Shown piece by piece: positions 46,571 to 55,348 of a stretch of DNA of 64,000 bases (its first letter is position 1; the number at the start of each line of letters is the position of its first letter). The translations under genes were made by a program, and so were the position numbers. The stretch covers positions 3,020 through 67,019 of the forward strand of contig JBGARN010000007.1 in NCBI GenBank assembly GCA_044230205.1. The letters run 5' to 3'. This DNA comes from Bacteroidia bacterium (GTDB lineage: Bacteria; Bacteroidota; Bacteroidia; AKYH767-A; OLB10). The notes beneath the pieces were generated by a model. That model did no database searches. It had not been told where the DNA came from and saw only the letters and a program-made list of their open reading frames with translations.

Positions 46571-46613
46571 AACGCGCGAAGATTCCCTTTAGGGTTAGGG
46601 TGTGGGAAGGCAA
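46571..46613 (+). repeat. Short hairpin/G-tract intergenic motif, copy C
   Basis: AACGCGCGAAGATTCCCTTTAGGGTTAGGGTGTGGGAAGGCAA. It is preceded by the perfect palindrome CCCGATAGCTATCGGG (46541-46556) nested in CACCC...GGGTG. Confidence 0.8.
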
Positions 46614-46654
46614 TATGATTTTATTAATAAAAAATTTAAACAATCTCTTATATC

Positions 46655-48457
46655 ATGAAAAAGATTCTATTCCTCATCGCATTAGCAGTTAACACCGTAT
46701 TTAATTGCATCACCTTACAGGCACAAATTTTTACTAAAGTAACTTCAGCAACTAATCCTGTCGTTACCGATCCGCCTCAGTCATTTTATGCCGGGGCAAG
46801 CTGGATAGATTATGACAATGACGGCTTGCTTGATCTATTTGTGGTTCGCACAGGGCTGTATCACAATGATGGTAACGGCAACTTTTCTAAAATTACCACC
46901 AGTGGTTTAGGATTAACAACAGGCATTGGCAATACATGGGCTGATGTGGACAATGACGGAGATATTGATTGCCTGCAATCAGGTGGTAATGCAGGAGGTA
47001 CCAGATTTTTCCTGAACAATGGCAATGGCACCTTTACGCAAAACACCAGCGGACCTTTTGCAGTTGCTACAAAATTGCGCGGCTGGGGTTCTGCATTTGG
47101 TGATTACAATAATGATGGTAAGGTGGATTTATTTATTGCCGCCCCGGTTGGTTTTGCCGGCATTACCGACTCCTGCAAATTCCTGGTTAATACAGGCGGA
47201 GGAAATTTTATTCGCGTGGATACGGCTGGCATAACGGATACGCTGGATGCATTTACAGTTCCGACATGGAGTGATTATGACAATGATGGCGATGCGGATT
47301 TGTTCATCGGTGCAGGACGTGTGAATGGTTCGCTTTCGCGCGATTATCTTTTTGAAAACAATCATTGGCAGGGAGGCAGCATATTATTTTCAAGAATAAA
47401 TTCTTCACCGCTTGGCACTGATTTGCATGACGGGCAGGTCTGGAACTGGATTGACTTTGATAACGATGGAGACCTGGATGCTTATCTTACCAATTATACC
47501 GGAACAAGCCCTACAGGCTATCAAAATGAAATGTATAGAAATGATAACGGCACCTTTGTACAATTAACAGGTGCAGATGTCGGGCCTATTGTTACCGACA
47601 TGGGAGTTTCACTTTCAAGCACGTGGGGCGATTTTGATAATGACGGTGATCTCGATTGCATTGTTACCAATGAAGGTCCGCAGCAAAATGTGTACTATCA
47701 AAGTAATATAGCGCAGGGCAGTACGGTGTTTACCAAAATTACCAACGAACCCATGGTGCTGAATAATGGCAATCACTGGTGTGCCACATCAGGCGATTAT
47801 GATAACGATGGTGATCTGGATTTATTTATTTCAGGAAACAGTGATAACGGCTTATTTGAAAACACAACTACCAATACGGATTTTATAAATATTAAATTAG
47901 TCGGGATTACTTCCAATAAATCAGCTATCGGGGCAAAGGTGAGTGTTAAAGCGAATGGCACATGGCAGATGCGTGAAATTTCTGCACAGAATACTTTTAA
48001 CGGCATGAATATGCTTAATGCACATTTTGGTTTTGGAAATACAGGACCTGTTGCATTAAACATTGATACATTAATAATTGAATGGCCTACGGGGACATAT
48101 GATATTTGTGCAAATGTTCCTGCCAATGTGTTTTATATCGCTACAGAAGGGCAATGCCCGGTTCCGGCAGCTGTCAGTGAAATTGAAAACTCAGGCAAAG
48201 ATTTTTTTCTTGCAGCTGTTTATCCCAATCCTGTTAACGACTATTTATCTTTCAATTATAATTTATCCGCTCCTTCAAAAGTTGAACTTACTTTAATGGA
48301 CACTGCAGGTAAAACTGTTTATAAAAAAGTGTTACCACAAGGTATAGCCGGGAATAACCCTACATCCATTGATATAAAAAAACTAAGCAAAGGATTTTAC
48401 ACCATGGTTTTAAAAAGCCATTCACAAACTTGCAAAGCGAAGTTTTTGAAGGAGTAA
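46655..48457 (+). CDS. FG-GAP/VCBS repeat protein with ASPIC/UnbV domain (CRTAC1-like) and T9SS CTD
   Basis: Seven D(Y/F/V)DNDGD.D repeats. IGAKVSVKANGTWQMREI...HFGFG is ASPIC/UnbV. C-terminal VYPNPVNDYLSFNY...GFYTMVLKS. Confidence 0.85.
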   Translation: MKKILFLIALAVNTVFNCITLQAQIFTKVTSATNPVVTDPPQSFYAGASWIDYDNDGLLDLFVVRTGLYHNDGNGNFSKITTSGLGLTTGIGNTWADVDNDGDIDCLQSGGNAGGTRFFLNNGNGTFTQNTSGPFAVATKLRGWGSAFGDYNNDGKVDLFIAAPVGFAGITDSCKFLVNTGGGNFIRVDTAGITDTLDAFTVPTWSDYDNDGDADLFIGAGRVNGSLSRDYLFENNHWQGGSILFSRINSSPLGTDLHDGQVWNWIDFDNDGDLDAYLTNYTGTSPTGYQNEMYRNDNGTFVQLTGADVGPIVTDMGVSLSSTWGDFDNDGDLDCIVTNEGPQQNVYYQSNIAQGSTVFTKITNEPMVLNNGNHWCATSGDYDNDGDLDLFISGNSDNGLFENTTTNTDFINIKLVGITSNKSAIGAKVSVKANGTWQMREISAQNTFNGMNMLNAHFGFGNTGPVALNIDTLIIEWPTGTYDICANVPANVFYIATEGQCPVPAAVSEIENSGKDFFLAAVYPNPVNDYLSFNYNLSAPSKVELTLMDTAGKTVYKKVLPQGIAGNNPTSIDIKKLSKGFYTMVLKSHSQTCKAKFLKE

Positions 48458-48551
48458 ACTTCTGTAAACTCAAAATCAAATCAAACCTGTCACCCACCCG
48501 ACAGAATATTATCCGGGTTGAGACTCTCTTTGCAGCATTAATCAATTCTTA

Positions 48552-49289
48552 ATGCTGGTTGCGTTTAAAAATAACTGGAAGCTGTATTTAATTGAATCAT
48601 GGGGCCTGGGTGTCTTTATGGTTTCTGCATGTTTGTTTGCCACCCTATTGGAATATCCATATTCTGCCATTCACCTTGCAATAGAAAACCATTTTGTAAG
48701 AAATGTATTGATGGGAATTGCAATGGGGCTTACTGCATTCGCCATTCTTGCATCACCCTGGGGAAAACTTTCAGGCGCACATATCAATCCTGCCGTTACG
48801 ATAGTAAATTACAGGCTGCGAAAGATTTCGCTGCATAATGCTACCTGGTACATAATTTTTCAAACCATTGGTGGAACGCTTGCAGTTTACCTGATGCAAT
48901 TGTTGCTTGGGAATGCACTTATCAGCAAACCTGTGGAAAGTGTGGTTACCATTCCTTATTGCGGACATCCTGTGCATGCTTTCCTGGTGGAACTGGTCAT
49001 TGCTTTTGTATTGATGATGACCATACAAATGGTCTCCAACTCATCGCTTGAAAAACATACGGCAAAGTTTGCCGGCTTCCTCGTGATGTTTTTTGTAATT
49101 ATTGCCGGACCTGTTTCCGGTTTCGGAATGAATCCTGCGCGGACATTTGCTTCTGCATTACCTGCTCATAACTGGGATTCTTTCTGGATTTATCTTTTTG
49201 TACCTGTTGGCGGAATGTTACTGGCAACAGAAGTTTATCTCATCCTGAAAAAAAGATTTTTGATTTATGAGTTAAGAGTTAAAAGTTAA
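48552..49289 (+). CDS. MIP-family channel (aquaporin/glycerol facilitator-like)
   Basis: Two NPA boxes (GAHINPAVT and GFGMNPART) and six TM helices. Confidence 0.85.
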   Translation: MLVAFKNNWKLYLIESWGLGVFMVSACLFATLLEYPYSAIHLAIENHFVRNVLMGIAMGLTAFAILASPWGKLSGAHINPAVTIVNYRLRKISLHNATWYIIFQTIGGTLAVYLMQLLLGNALISKPVESVVTIPYCGHPVHAFLVELVIAFVLMMTIQMVSNSSLEKHTAKFAGFLVMFFVIIAGPVSGFGMNPARTFASALPAHNWDSFWIYLFVPVGGMLLATEVYLILKKRFLIYELRVKS

Positions 49290-49335
49290 GAGTAATAAGT
49301 TATCCGATTCACTAACAAATTAAATTTCAATTATA

Positions 49336-50370
49336 ATGTCACAAAAAATCAAACCGAAATTTTTCATTGTCTTCTTCGTAATACTTGTTGCGCTCATTGC
49401 CGGCAAGGCTTTTAGTCAACCTGCACAAAAAGTTGAAGCAGTTGGGTTTACGGTATCCGATATGGATAAAGCTGTCGACTTTTATTCAAAAGTTTTATCA
49501 TTCAAAAAAATAAGTGACACAGAGGTGTATGGAACAAAATATGAAAAACTGGAAAATGTGTTTGGCTTACGCATGCGCGTGGTAAGGATGCAGTTAGGTG
49601 ATGAAATAATTGAACTAACTGATTACCTCACTTCCGGTGGAAAATCAATTCCTGAAGATGCACGAAGCAATGATTTGACCTTTCAGCACATTGCAATAGT
49701 GGTAAGCGATATGGACAAAGCCTACCAGCAATTGCGCAGGTTTAATGTGGAGCATGTTTCAACAGGGCCGCAAACAATTCCGGTAAGCAACAAAGCAGCT
49801 GCAGGGGTAAAAGCATTTTATTTTCATGATCCCGATAACCATAATTTAGAACTGATTTATTTTCCGGCAGGTAAAGGAAATCCTAAATGGCAACAGGCGA
49901 ATGGAAAATTATTTCTTGGTATTGACCATACAGCAATCGGAATTTCATCAACAGAAAAGAGTTTGAAATTTTATCGTGATGTTTTAGGCCTGGCATTAAA
50001 AGGCGAGAGCTTTAATTTTGGAACTGAGCAGGAGCATTTGAATAATGTGGAAGGCGCTTCATTACACATTTCAGGCTTACGCGCCAGTGATGGACCGGGT
50101 GTAGAGTTTCTTGAATATTTGAAACCGGGGCCGGGAGCTATCTATGCCACAGATACACGTTCTGATGATATCATAAACTGGCAAACAACCATAACGGTGT
50201 CTCATCTTGATTTACTTTTCAATACGTTGAAGGAAAAGGGCTACGAGTTTGTTTCTAAAGAGATAGTGGCATTGGAAAATGGTTCTGAAGCAACCGAAAG
50301 AGCGTTAATCATTCGCGACCCTGACGGACACCAGGTACTTTTGAAAGAAGCAATTAAAAGCCAGAATTAA
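49336..50370 (+). CDS. Secreted two-domain VOC (glyoxalase/bleomycin-resistance/dioxygenase) family protein
   Basis: Signal/anchor FFIVFFVILVALIAGKAFSQ. Two VOC modules (VGFTVSDMDKAVDFYSKVL...; IDHTAIGISSTEKSLKFYRDVLGL...). Confidence 0.75.
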   Translation: MSQKIKPKFFIVFFVILVALIAGKAFSQPAQKVEAVGFTVSDMDKAVDFYSKVLSFKKISDTEVYGTKYEKLENVFGLRMRVVRMQLGDEIIELTDYLTSGGKSIPEDARSNDLTFQHIAIVVSDMDKAYQQLRRFNVEHVSTGPQTIPVSNKAAAGVKAFYFHDPDNHNLELIYFPAGKGNPKWQQANGKLFLGIDHTAIGISSTEKSLKFYRDVLGLALKGESFNFGTEQEHLNNVEGASLHISGLRASDGPGVEFLEYLKPGPGAIYATDTRSDDIINWQTTITVSHLDLLFNTLKEKGYEFVSKEIVALENGSEATERALIIRDPDGHQVLLKEAIKSQN

Positions 50371-50428
50371 AGCATAAATGTAAAGTTGGCGACAATTGTT
50401 TTTGTACGATAGGCTTACGTTTACATCA

Positions 50429-51991
50429 ATGAATACAACATCAAAAATAATATGCCCGCTTTGTAACGACCACGTTAGCCACCTGGTTTATCAATATCAC
50501 CTGGAGAGTGAGCGTAATGTTCTTGAAAAGATAAAGCAATCTAATCCCGGTTGGGTGGAAGATAACGGATCTTGTAAACGTTGTATTGATTATTATGATA
50601 TCAATATTTTACGTGATGGCGGAATCATTCCTGAAGCAGGACCTTTTTTCCCGGTGAAATCACCTGATGATTTTTATGTAATTCCAACTCCATTACGTTT
50701 AGATGCCGACCCAAAATATACCGGCAAAGGTGTTACCATTTGTTTTATTGACAGCGGTTTCTATCCGCATCCTGATTTAACACGAATAGAAAATCGCATT
50801 TTAAAAATAGTTGATATCACTAATTCCAAAAACACTTCAAAGTATTTTACCAAACCGCGAAATGAAAGCTGGCATGGAACTATGACAGCAGTGGCTTGTG
50901 GCGGCAATGGCTTCTTATCTAATGGTCTTTACAAAGGGATTGCATCAGAAGCAAATCTTGTTTTGATTAAAACACAAAATGAAAACGGTCACATTACAGA
51001 TGCGAATATTACAAAAGCTATTAGGTGGGCGATAAAGAATAAAAGCAAATACAATATTAAAATCATCAACTTATCTGTATGCAGTGATGAACCGGTTTCT
51101 TATTTGCAAAGTGAAGTTGACAAGGCTGCTGAAGAAGCAATCGCTGCAGGAATTGTGGTTGTGGCTGCTGTTGGCAATGATGAAAATGCAAGTATAAAAC
51201 CTCCGGCAAATTCACCCAATGTAATTGCTGTTGGAGGTTATAATGATAATAACAATCTTGAAAAAAATAATTTCCAGTTGTATCATTCCAACTACGGGCA
51301 AACTGTTGACGGGTTTTCAAAGCCTGATTTAATTGCTCATTCTATCTGGATAGCTGCACCAATTTTGCCGGGAACAAAAGAAAAGGCCGAAGCAGAAGAT
51401 TTGCATCGCAGATTTAAAAATGAACCTGGTGATGCAATCAAAAACAGGATTATGGAGACCAAATATTTTTCACCGGATTACATGCATGTGGACGGAACAT
51501 CATTTGCTGCTCCAATTACAACATCAGTAATTGCCCAGATGCTGGAAGCGAATCCTGCATTAACTACGCAACAGGTAAGAGAAATTATATTAAGCACAGC
51601 AACAAAGCTACAGGGTACCAATATTACCAGGCAGGGTTTTGGTTTAATACATCCGCGCAAAGCTGTTGCAAAAGCACTCCATATTAACGGTGGTGAGGAA
51701 ATCATCTCACCTTTGATTGATATGAAAAGCAAAACAGTTTCTTTTTATCATAAGGAGATTGGGGCCGGTAAAATTGTGCTATCCGGAACTTTTAATAACT
51801 GGTCGCGTAATGAAAATTTTATGGAACCTGTGAAAAATGGTTTGTGGAAAATTGAAATCCCGCTTCCTGATAAGGGAATTCACGAATACAAATATGTTAT
51901 TGATGATATTACCTGGAAGCCCGATATCTATAATCCTTTGAGACAGGCTGATGGCTTTAATGACTGGAACAGCAAACTTGTAATTCAATAA
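50429..51991 (+). CDS. S8 (subtilisin-family) serine peptidase with N-terminal Cys4 motif and C-terminal CBM48/AMPK-type glycogen-binding module; no signal peptide
   Basis: Start moved to the ATG at 50429. Triad contexts ICFIDSGF (Asp), SWHGTMTA (His), DGTSFAAP (Ser). N-terminal CPLC...CKRC. C-terminal VSFYHKEIGAGKIVLSGTFNNWSRNENFMEPVKNGLWKIEIPLPDKGIHEYKYVIDDITWKPDIYNP. Confidence 0.8.
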   Translation: MNTTSKIICPLCNDHVSHLVYQYHLESERNVLEKIKQSNPGWVEDNGSCKRCIDYYDINILRDGGIIPEAGPFFPVKSPDDFYVIPTPLRLDADPKYTGKGVTICFIDSGFYPHPDLTRIENRILKIVDITNSKNTSKYFTKPRNESWHGTMTAVACGGNGFLSNGLYKGIASEANLVLIKTQNENGHITDANITKAIRWAIKNKSKYNIKIINLSVCSDEPVSYLQSEVDKAAEEAIAAGIVVVAAVGNDENASIKPPANSPNVIAVGGYNDNNNLEKNNFQLYHSNYGQTVDGFSKPDLIAHSIWIAAPILPGTKEKAEAEDLHRRFKNEPGDAIKNRIMETKYFSPDYMHVDGTSFAAPITTSVIAQMLEANPALTTQQVREIILSTATKLQGTNITRQGFGLIHPRKAVAKALHINGGEEIISPLIDMKSKTVSFYHKEIGAGKIVLSGTFNNWSRNENFMEPVKNGLWKIEIPLPDKGIHEYKYVIDDITWKPDIYNPLRQADGFNDWNSKLVIQ

Positions 51992-52002
51992 TTCATATAA
52001 CC

Positions 52003-52116
52003 ATGGACCTCAATCCAAACTTCGGATCAGTTAATTCTGAAAATATATCTACTGCAGGTAAAATTTTAATCCTGCTTATTTCAGCTGCATTATTAGTTTC
52101 AACATTTCAATTCTGA
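52003..52116 (+). CDS. Candidate 37-aa single-TM micro-protein
   Basis: My own translation is MDLNPNFGSVNSENISTAGKILILLISAALLVSTFQF. It abuts the next gene and is too short for the ORF track. Confidence 0.3.
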   Translation: MDLNPNFGSVNSENISTAGKILILLISAALLVSTFQF

Positions 52117-52121
52117 AATTG

Positions 52122-52331
52122 ATGCCTGAACTCCTGGTTACATCTGTCCTCACTTTGGTTGGTGCATATCTGTTTTGCGGTTTGCTGTTCGCTTTCTATT
52201 TTCTTACGAAAGGTATTTATAAAATTGATGAAGGTGCACATGGTTCATCTTTTGCATTCCGATTAATTATTGCACCCGGAGTAATTGTGTTCTGGATGGT
52301 GCTGCTTAAAAAAATATTAAAAACAAAATGA
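52122..52331 (+). CDS. Small two-TM membrane protein, unknown function
   Basis: ATG at 52122. MPELLVTSVLTLVGAYLFCGLLFAFYF...IIAPGVIVFWMVLL. Confidence 0.5.
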   Translation: MPELLVTSVLTLVGAYLFCGLLFAFYFLTKGIYKIDEGAHGSSFAFRLIIAPGVIVFWMVLLKKILKTK

Positions 52332-52432
52332 TACGCACATTACGGAAAAGGCATTTACAGATGTGGATTTCTCTTGGAATTATAATAATGATTGTAATCC
52401 TTATCGGTTTGTTTTCAAATCATAATTCATAA
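52328..52432 (+). CDS. Candidate 34-aa single-TM micro-protein, translationally coupled (ATGA overlap)
   Basis: The ATG at 52328 overlaps the TGA at 52329-52331 of the upstream gene. Product is MIRTLRKRHLQMWISLGIIIMIVILIGLFSNHNS. Confidence 0.35.
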   Translation: MIRTLRKRHLQMWISLGIIIMIVILIGLFSNHNS

Positions 52433-52453
52433 TTCATAAATCAGAATTAAAGC

Positions 52454-53485
52454 ATGAGTGTTTCTTATCTAACAGTTGGCTGGAACAGGCAGAAAAAAAT
52501 CTATGACACAGTGATGTTGTCATTTATTGCATGCTACCTGCTGCTGTTTATTTTTCTCTCCTTAATTTTTTATCCTGAAGTAACCCAGGAAACATTAATT
52601 ATTCGCTCCACATCAACTCTTGCAATAATTATGTTACATATTATTCTTGCCATTGGCCCGCTTGCAAGATTGAATACAAAATTTCTTCCCTTACTCTACA
52701 ACAGGAGGCATTTGGGAGTTACGATGTTTTGCGTTGCAGCTGTTCATGGTGTTTTTTCAATCATCCAGTTTCATGCGTTGGCAAATACCAATCCGATCGT
52801 TTCTGTTTTTACTGCCAACAAACATTACGAATCTTTAACACGGTTTCCATTTGAGGCATTGGGCTTTTGTGCCCTACTGATTTTTTTTCTCATGGCTATA
52901 ACAAGTCATGATTTCTGGTTGAATAATCTTAGTCCGAAGTTTTGGAAATCGCTGCATATGCTGGTATATGTTGCATATGCATTGGTAATTGCTCACGTGG
53001 TTACTGGTGCATTGCAGTATGAGCATTCAGGTTGGTATGCATTGCTTGTTGGTGTTGGAGCTTTAACAATTGTAATACTGCACCTCGTTGCAGGTATTAA
53101 GGAAAACAGAAAAGACAATCAACATTCAAAATTACTTGCTGATGGTTATACCGAAGTTTGCGATGTAAGCGAAATTGAAGAATCAAGAGCCAAAATGATT
53201 TGTGCAGGAGGAGAGCGTATTGCAATTTTCAAGTATGATGGAAAACTTTCTGCTGTGAATAATGTGTGCCGTCATCAGAACGGACCATTGGGTGAAGGAA
53301 AAATTGTGGATGGCTGTATTACTTGTCCCTGGCATGGTTATCAGTACCTGCCGCATAACGGGCAGTCACCTCCTCCGTTCAAAGAGAAAGTTGAAACGTA
53401 CAATGTGAAATTAATTGGTACCACTGTTTATGTAAATCCGAAGGGCCACCCTGAAGGAACTTATGTAGAACCCTTAGTGATTTGA
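52454..53485 (+). CDS. Fusion of ferric-reductase-like (YedZ/MsrQ-type, His-rich 6-TM) domain with a C-terminal Rieske [2Fe-2S] domain
   Basis: TM region with conserved His residues (MLHIILAIGP, RRHLGVT..AAVHG, LHMLVYVAYALVIAHV). Rieske boxes CRHQNGPL and CPWHGYQY. Confidence 0.7.
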   Translation: MSVSYLTVGWNRQKKIYDTVMLSFIACYLLLFIFLSLIFYPEVTQETLIIRSTSTLAIIMLHIILAIGPLARLNTKFLPLLYNRRHLGVTMFCVAAVHGVFSIIQFHALANTNPIVSVFTANKHYESLTRFPFEALGFCALLIFFLMAITSHDFWLNNLSPKFWKSLHMLVYVAYALVIAHVVTGALQYEHSGWYALLVGVGALTIVILHLVAGIKENRKDNQHSKLLADGYTEVCDVSEIEESRAKMICAGGERIAIFKYDGKLSAVNNVCRHQNGPLGEGKIVDGCITCPWHGYQYLPHNGQSPPPFKEKVETYNVKLIGTTVYVNPKGHPEGTYVEPLVI

Positions 53486-53486
53486 G

Positions 53487-53513
53487 ATTTATGAATTGTG
53501 ATTTATGATTTAT
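53487..53513. repeat. Left arm of the inverted repeat enclosing the four-helix-bundle gene
   Basis: ATTTATGAATTGTGATTTATGA matches the reverse complement of 53908-53929 at 21 of 22 positions. Confidence 0.75.
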
Positions 53514-53555
53514 CTATAAATTACTATTAATTTTTAGATCTTAAATTTTTATAGT

Positions 53556-53894
53556 ATGAATAAAGAAGAATTAAAGAAACGAACAAAAGAATTTGCAAAA
53601 AGTGTTTTTAGGTTAGCGGATACGTTTCCAAAATCGAAAGGAGCAGAGGTAATCACGTATCAGATTCTAAAATCAGCAAGTTCGGTAGCAGCAAATTATC
53701 GGGCTGTCCTGAGAGCCAAATCCAAAGCGGATTTTATCAATAAGTTAATAATTGTGCAGGAAGAAGCAGACGAAACATTGTTCTGGCTGGAGTTTAGACG
53801 GGAATTGGAAATAATAAATAATGAATCAATTGTAAAACTTATCAAAGAAGCGAATGAATTGGTCTCCATTTTTTCGGCCTCAATTATTACATAG
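53556..53894 (+). CDS. Four-helix-bundle protein (23S rRNA intervening-sequence protein / S23p family, Avd-like)
   Basis: 112 aa. QILKSASSVAANYRAVLRAKSKADFINKLIIVQEEADETLFWLEF matches the family pattern (Q..RS..SI.ANY.EA.RA.SK.DF..K......E..ET.YWL). Confidence 0.8.
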   Translation: MNKEELKKRTKEFAKSVFRLADTFPKSKGAEVITYQILKSASSVAANYRAVLRAKSKADFINKLIIVQEEADETLFWLEFRRELEIINNESIVKLIKEANELVSIFSASIIT

Positions 53895-53897
53895 AAA

Positions 53898-53929
53898 AAA
53901 TCATAATTCATAAATCATAATTCATAAAT
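53898..53929. repeat. Right arm of the inverted repeat; the same motif also precedes the 52454 start codon
   Basis: AAATCATAATTCATAAATCATAATTCATAAAT. A related AAATCATAATTCATAATTCATAAATCA lies at 52417-52443. Confidence 0.75.
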
Positions 53930-53932
53930 TAA

Positions 53933-54709
53933 ATGGATGAGTTTTATATAGGCTATCTACCTGCTGCTCCTGAAAAAACATCACGGTTTATAAGGAATAT
54001 TATTATTGCAGTTTTTATTTTAATTGTATCTGCAGGTATAGTTCTTTCCTTGCATCAAAGAGAATTTTCAAAAGGGGTTTTTGAATATGGAAGTAATAAA
54101 GAATTTACTGGTGTATATACAAACGTTCCGGTTCCTTCCATAAAAATTATCAATCAGAAGGATTCTTCCGGTAAGCCTGTAAACATGACTATTCCATTGG
54201 TAGGCTATGGCAAGCATGGAGCTGAAACAGCAATTGAAAATTATGAAAAGCAAAATTCAGTTTCGTTGATTGGTAAGAGAGTCACATTCAAAGGTGATTT
54301 AATTTATAATGAAAAAACATTTTTATCATTGACTGCTGATAACCCGATTATTCATGTATCAGCATCAAATGAATCAGCTGATAAAATGACATTTTTGGGT
54401 GATACAACATTGCAGGGAGAGATCATTGACCCCAAATGTTATTTCGGAGTAATGAAACCTGGTTTGGGTAAAGTTCATCGACAGTGTGCTATCAATTGCA
54501 TCAGTGGCGGAATTCCACCGGTGTTGAGATTACAAATGAAGGATGGATCTTTCGAATATTATTTACTGCTTGGTAAAAATGGAGAACGCATCAACCAGGA
54601 AGTTTTAACGTATGTTGCAGATCAAATAGAGTTAAACGGAAAGCTATATCAATGGGGAGACTGGAAAGTTTATCAATGTGATCTGAACACTATTAATCGT
54701 ATTAAGTAA
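53933..54709 (+). CDS. Membrane-anchored protein of unknown function with conserved Cys cluster
   Basis: N-terminal TM IIIAVFILIVSAGIVLSL. C-terminal GEIIDPKCYFGVMKPGLGKVHRQCAINCISGGIPPVL. I do not recognise the family. Confidence 0.55.
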   Translation: MDEFYIGYLPAAPEKTSRFIRNIIIAVFILIVSAGIVLSLHQREFSKGVFEYGSNKEFTGVYTNVPVPSIKIINQKDSSGKPVNMTIPLVGYGKHGAETAIENYEKQNSVSLIGKRVTFKGDLIYNEKTFLSLTADNPIIHVSASNESADKMTFLGDTTLQGEIIDPKCYFGVMKPGLGKVHRQCAINCISGGIPPVLRLQMKDGSFEYYLLLGKNGERINQEVLTYVADQIELNGKLYQWGDWKVYQCDLNTINRIK

Positions 54710-54743
54710 ATTTAAGGACATCCATAAAATCAATATTTTTTCA

Positions 54744-55286
54744 ATGCCGGCATTAAGGAAGAGCGTATTTGCAATATGTGGAAGTACAAGAGCAAACTCT
54801 TCCAACCTGCAGATAATTAAGGCAATAGCAAAGCTTGCAAAAGATGACCTGGATATTGAAATTTATGATGGGCTGGATCGATTACCGCATTTCAACCCTG
54901 ATCTGGATAATGAACATGTTTCAGCGATTGTAACTGAGTTCAGAAATAAGTTAATAGCTGCTGATGGAATTTTATTTTGTACACCTGAATATGTTTTCAG
55001 CTTACCCGGAAGCCTTAAGAATGCAATTGAATGGACCGTATCCACAACCATATTTACAAATAAACCGGTTGCAATAATTACAGCTTCAAGCTTAGGAGAA
55101 AAGACTCATGAATCATTGCAATTAATTTTAAAGACAATAAATGCCAGGTTCGATGACCAAAGTCAACTTTTAATCAGTGGAGTAAAAACCAAAGTGAATA
55201 ATCATGCTGAAATTACAGATGCCTTTACTTTAAAAAAGATCAATGAACTGATCAGGGCATTTATAAAAATTATGAATGACTATTAG
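54744..55286 (+). CDS. NAD(P)H-dependent FMN reductase family oxidoreductase
   Basis: ICGSTRANSSN ... LFCTPEYVFSLPGSLKNAIEW is a flavodoxin-like fold motif. Confidence 0.75.
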   Translation: MPALRKSVFAICGSTRANSSNLQIIKAIAKLAKDDLDIEIYDGLDRLPHFNPDLDNEHVSAIVTEFRNKLIAADGILFCTPEYVFSLPGSLKNAIEWTVSTTIFTNKPVAIITASSLGEKTHESLQLILKTINARFDDQSQLLISGVKTKVNNHAEITDAFTLKKINELIRAFIKIMNDY

Positions 55287-55348
55287 ATAAAGCCGTATTA
55301 GGCCAGCAGTACTAAATATCTTTGTCCTTTGATTGCAACAAAAAAAAT

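Noticed and set aside
53556-53894. Avd-like four-helix-bundle protein as a marker of a diversity-generating retroelement
   Set aside because: No reverse transcriptase gene is present and no template/variable repeat pair is visible in the flanking genes.
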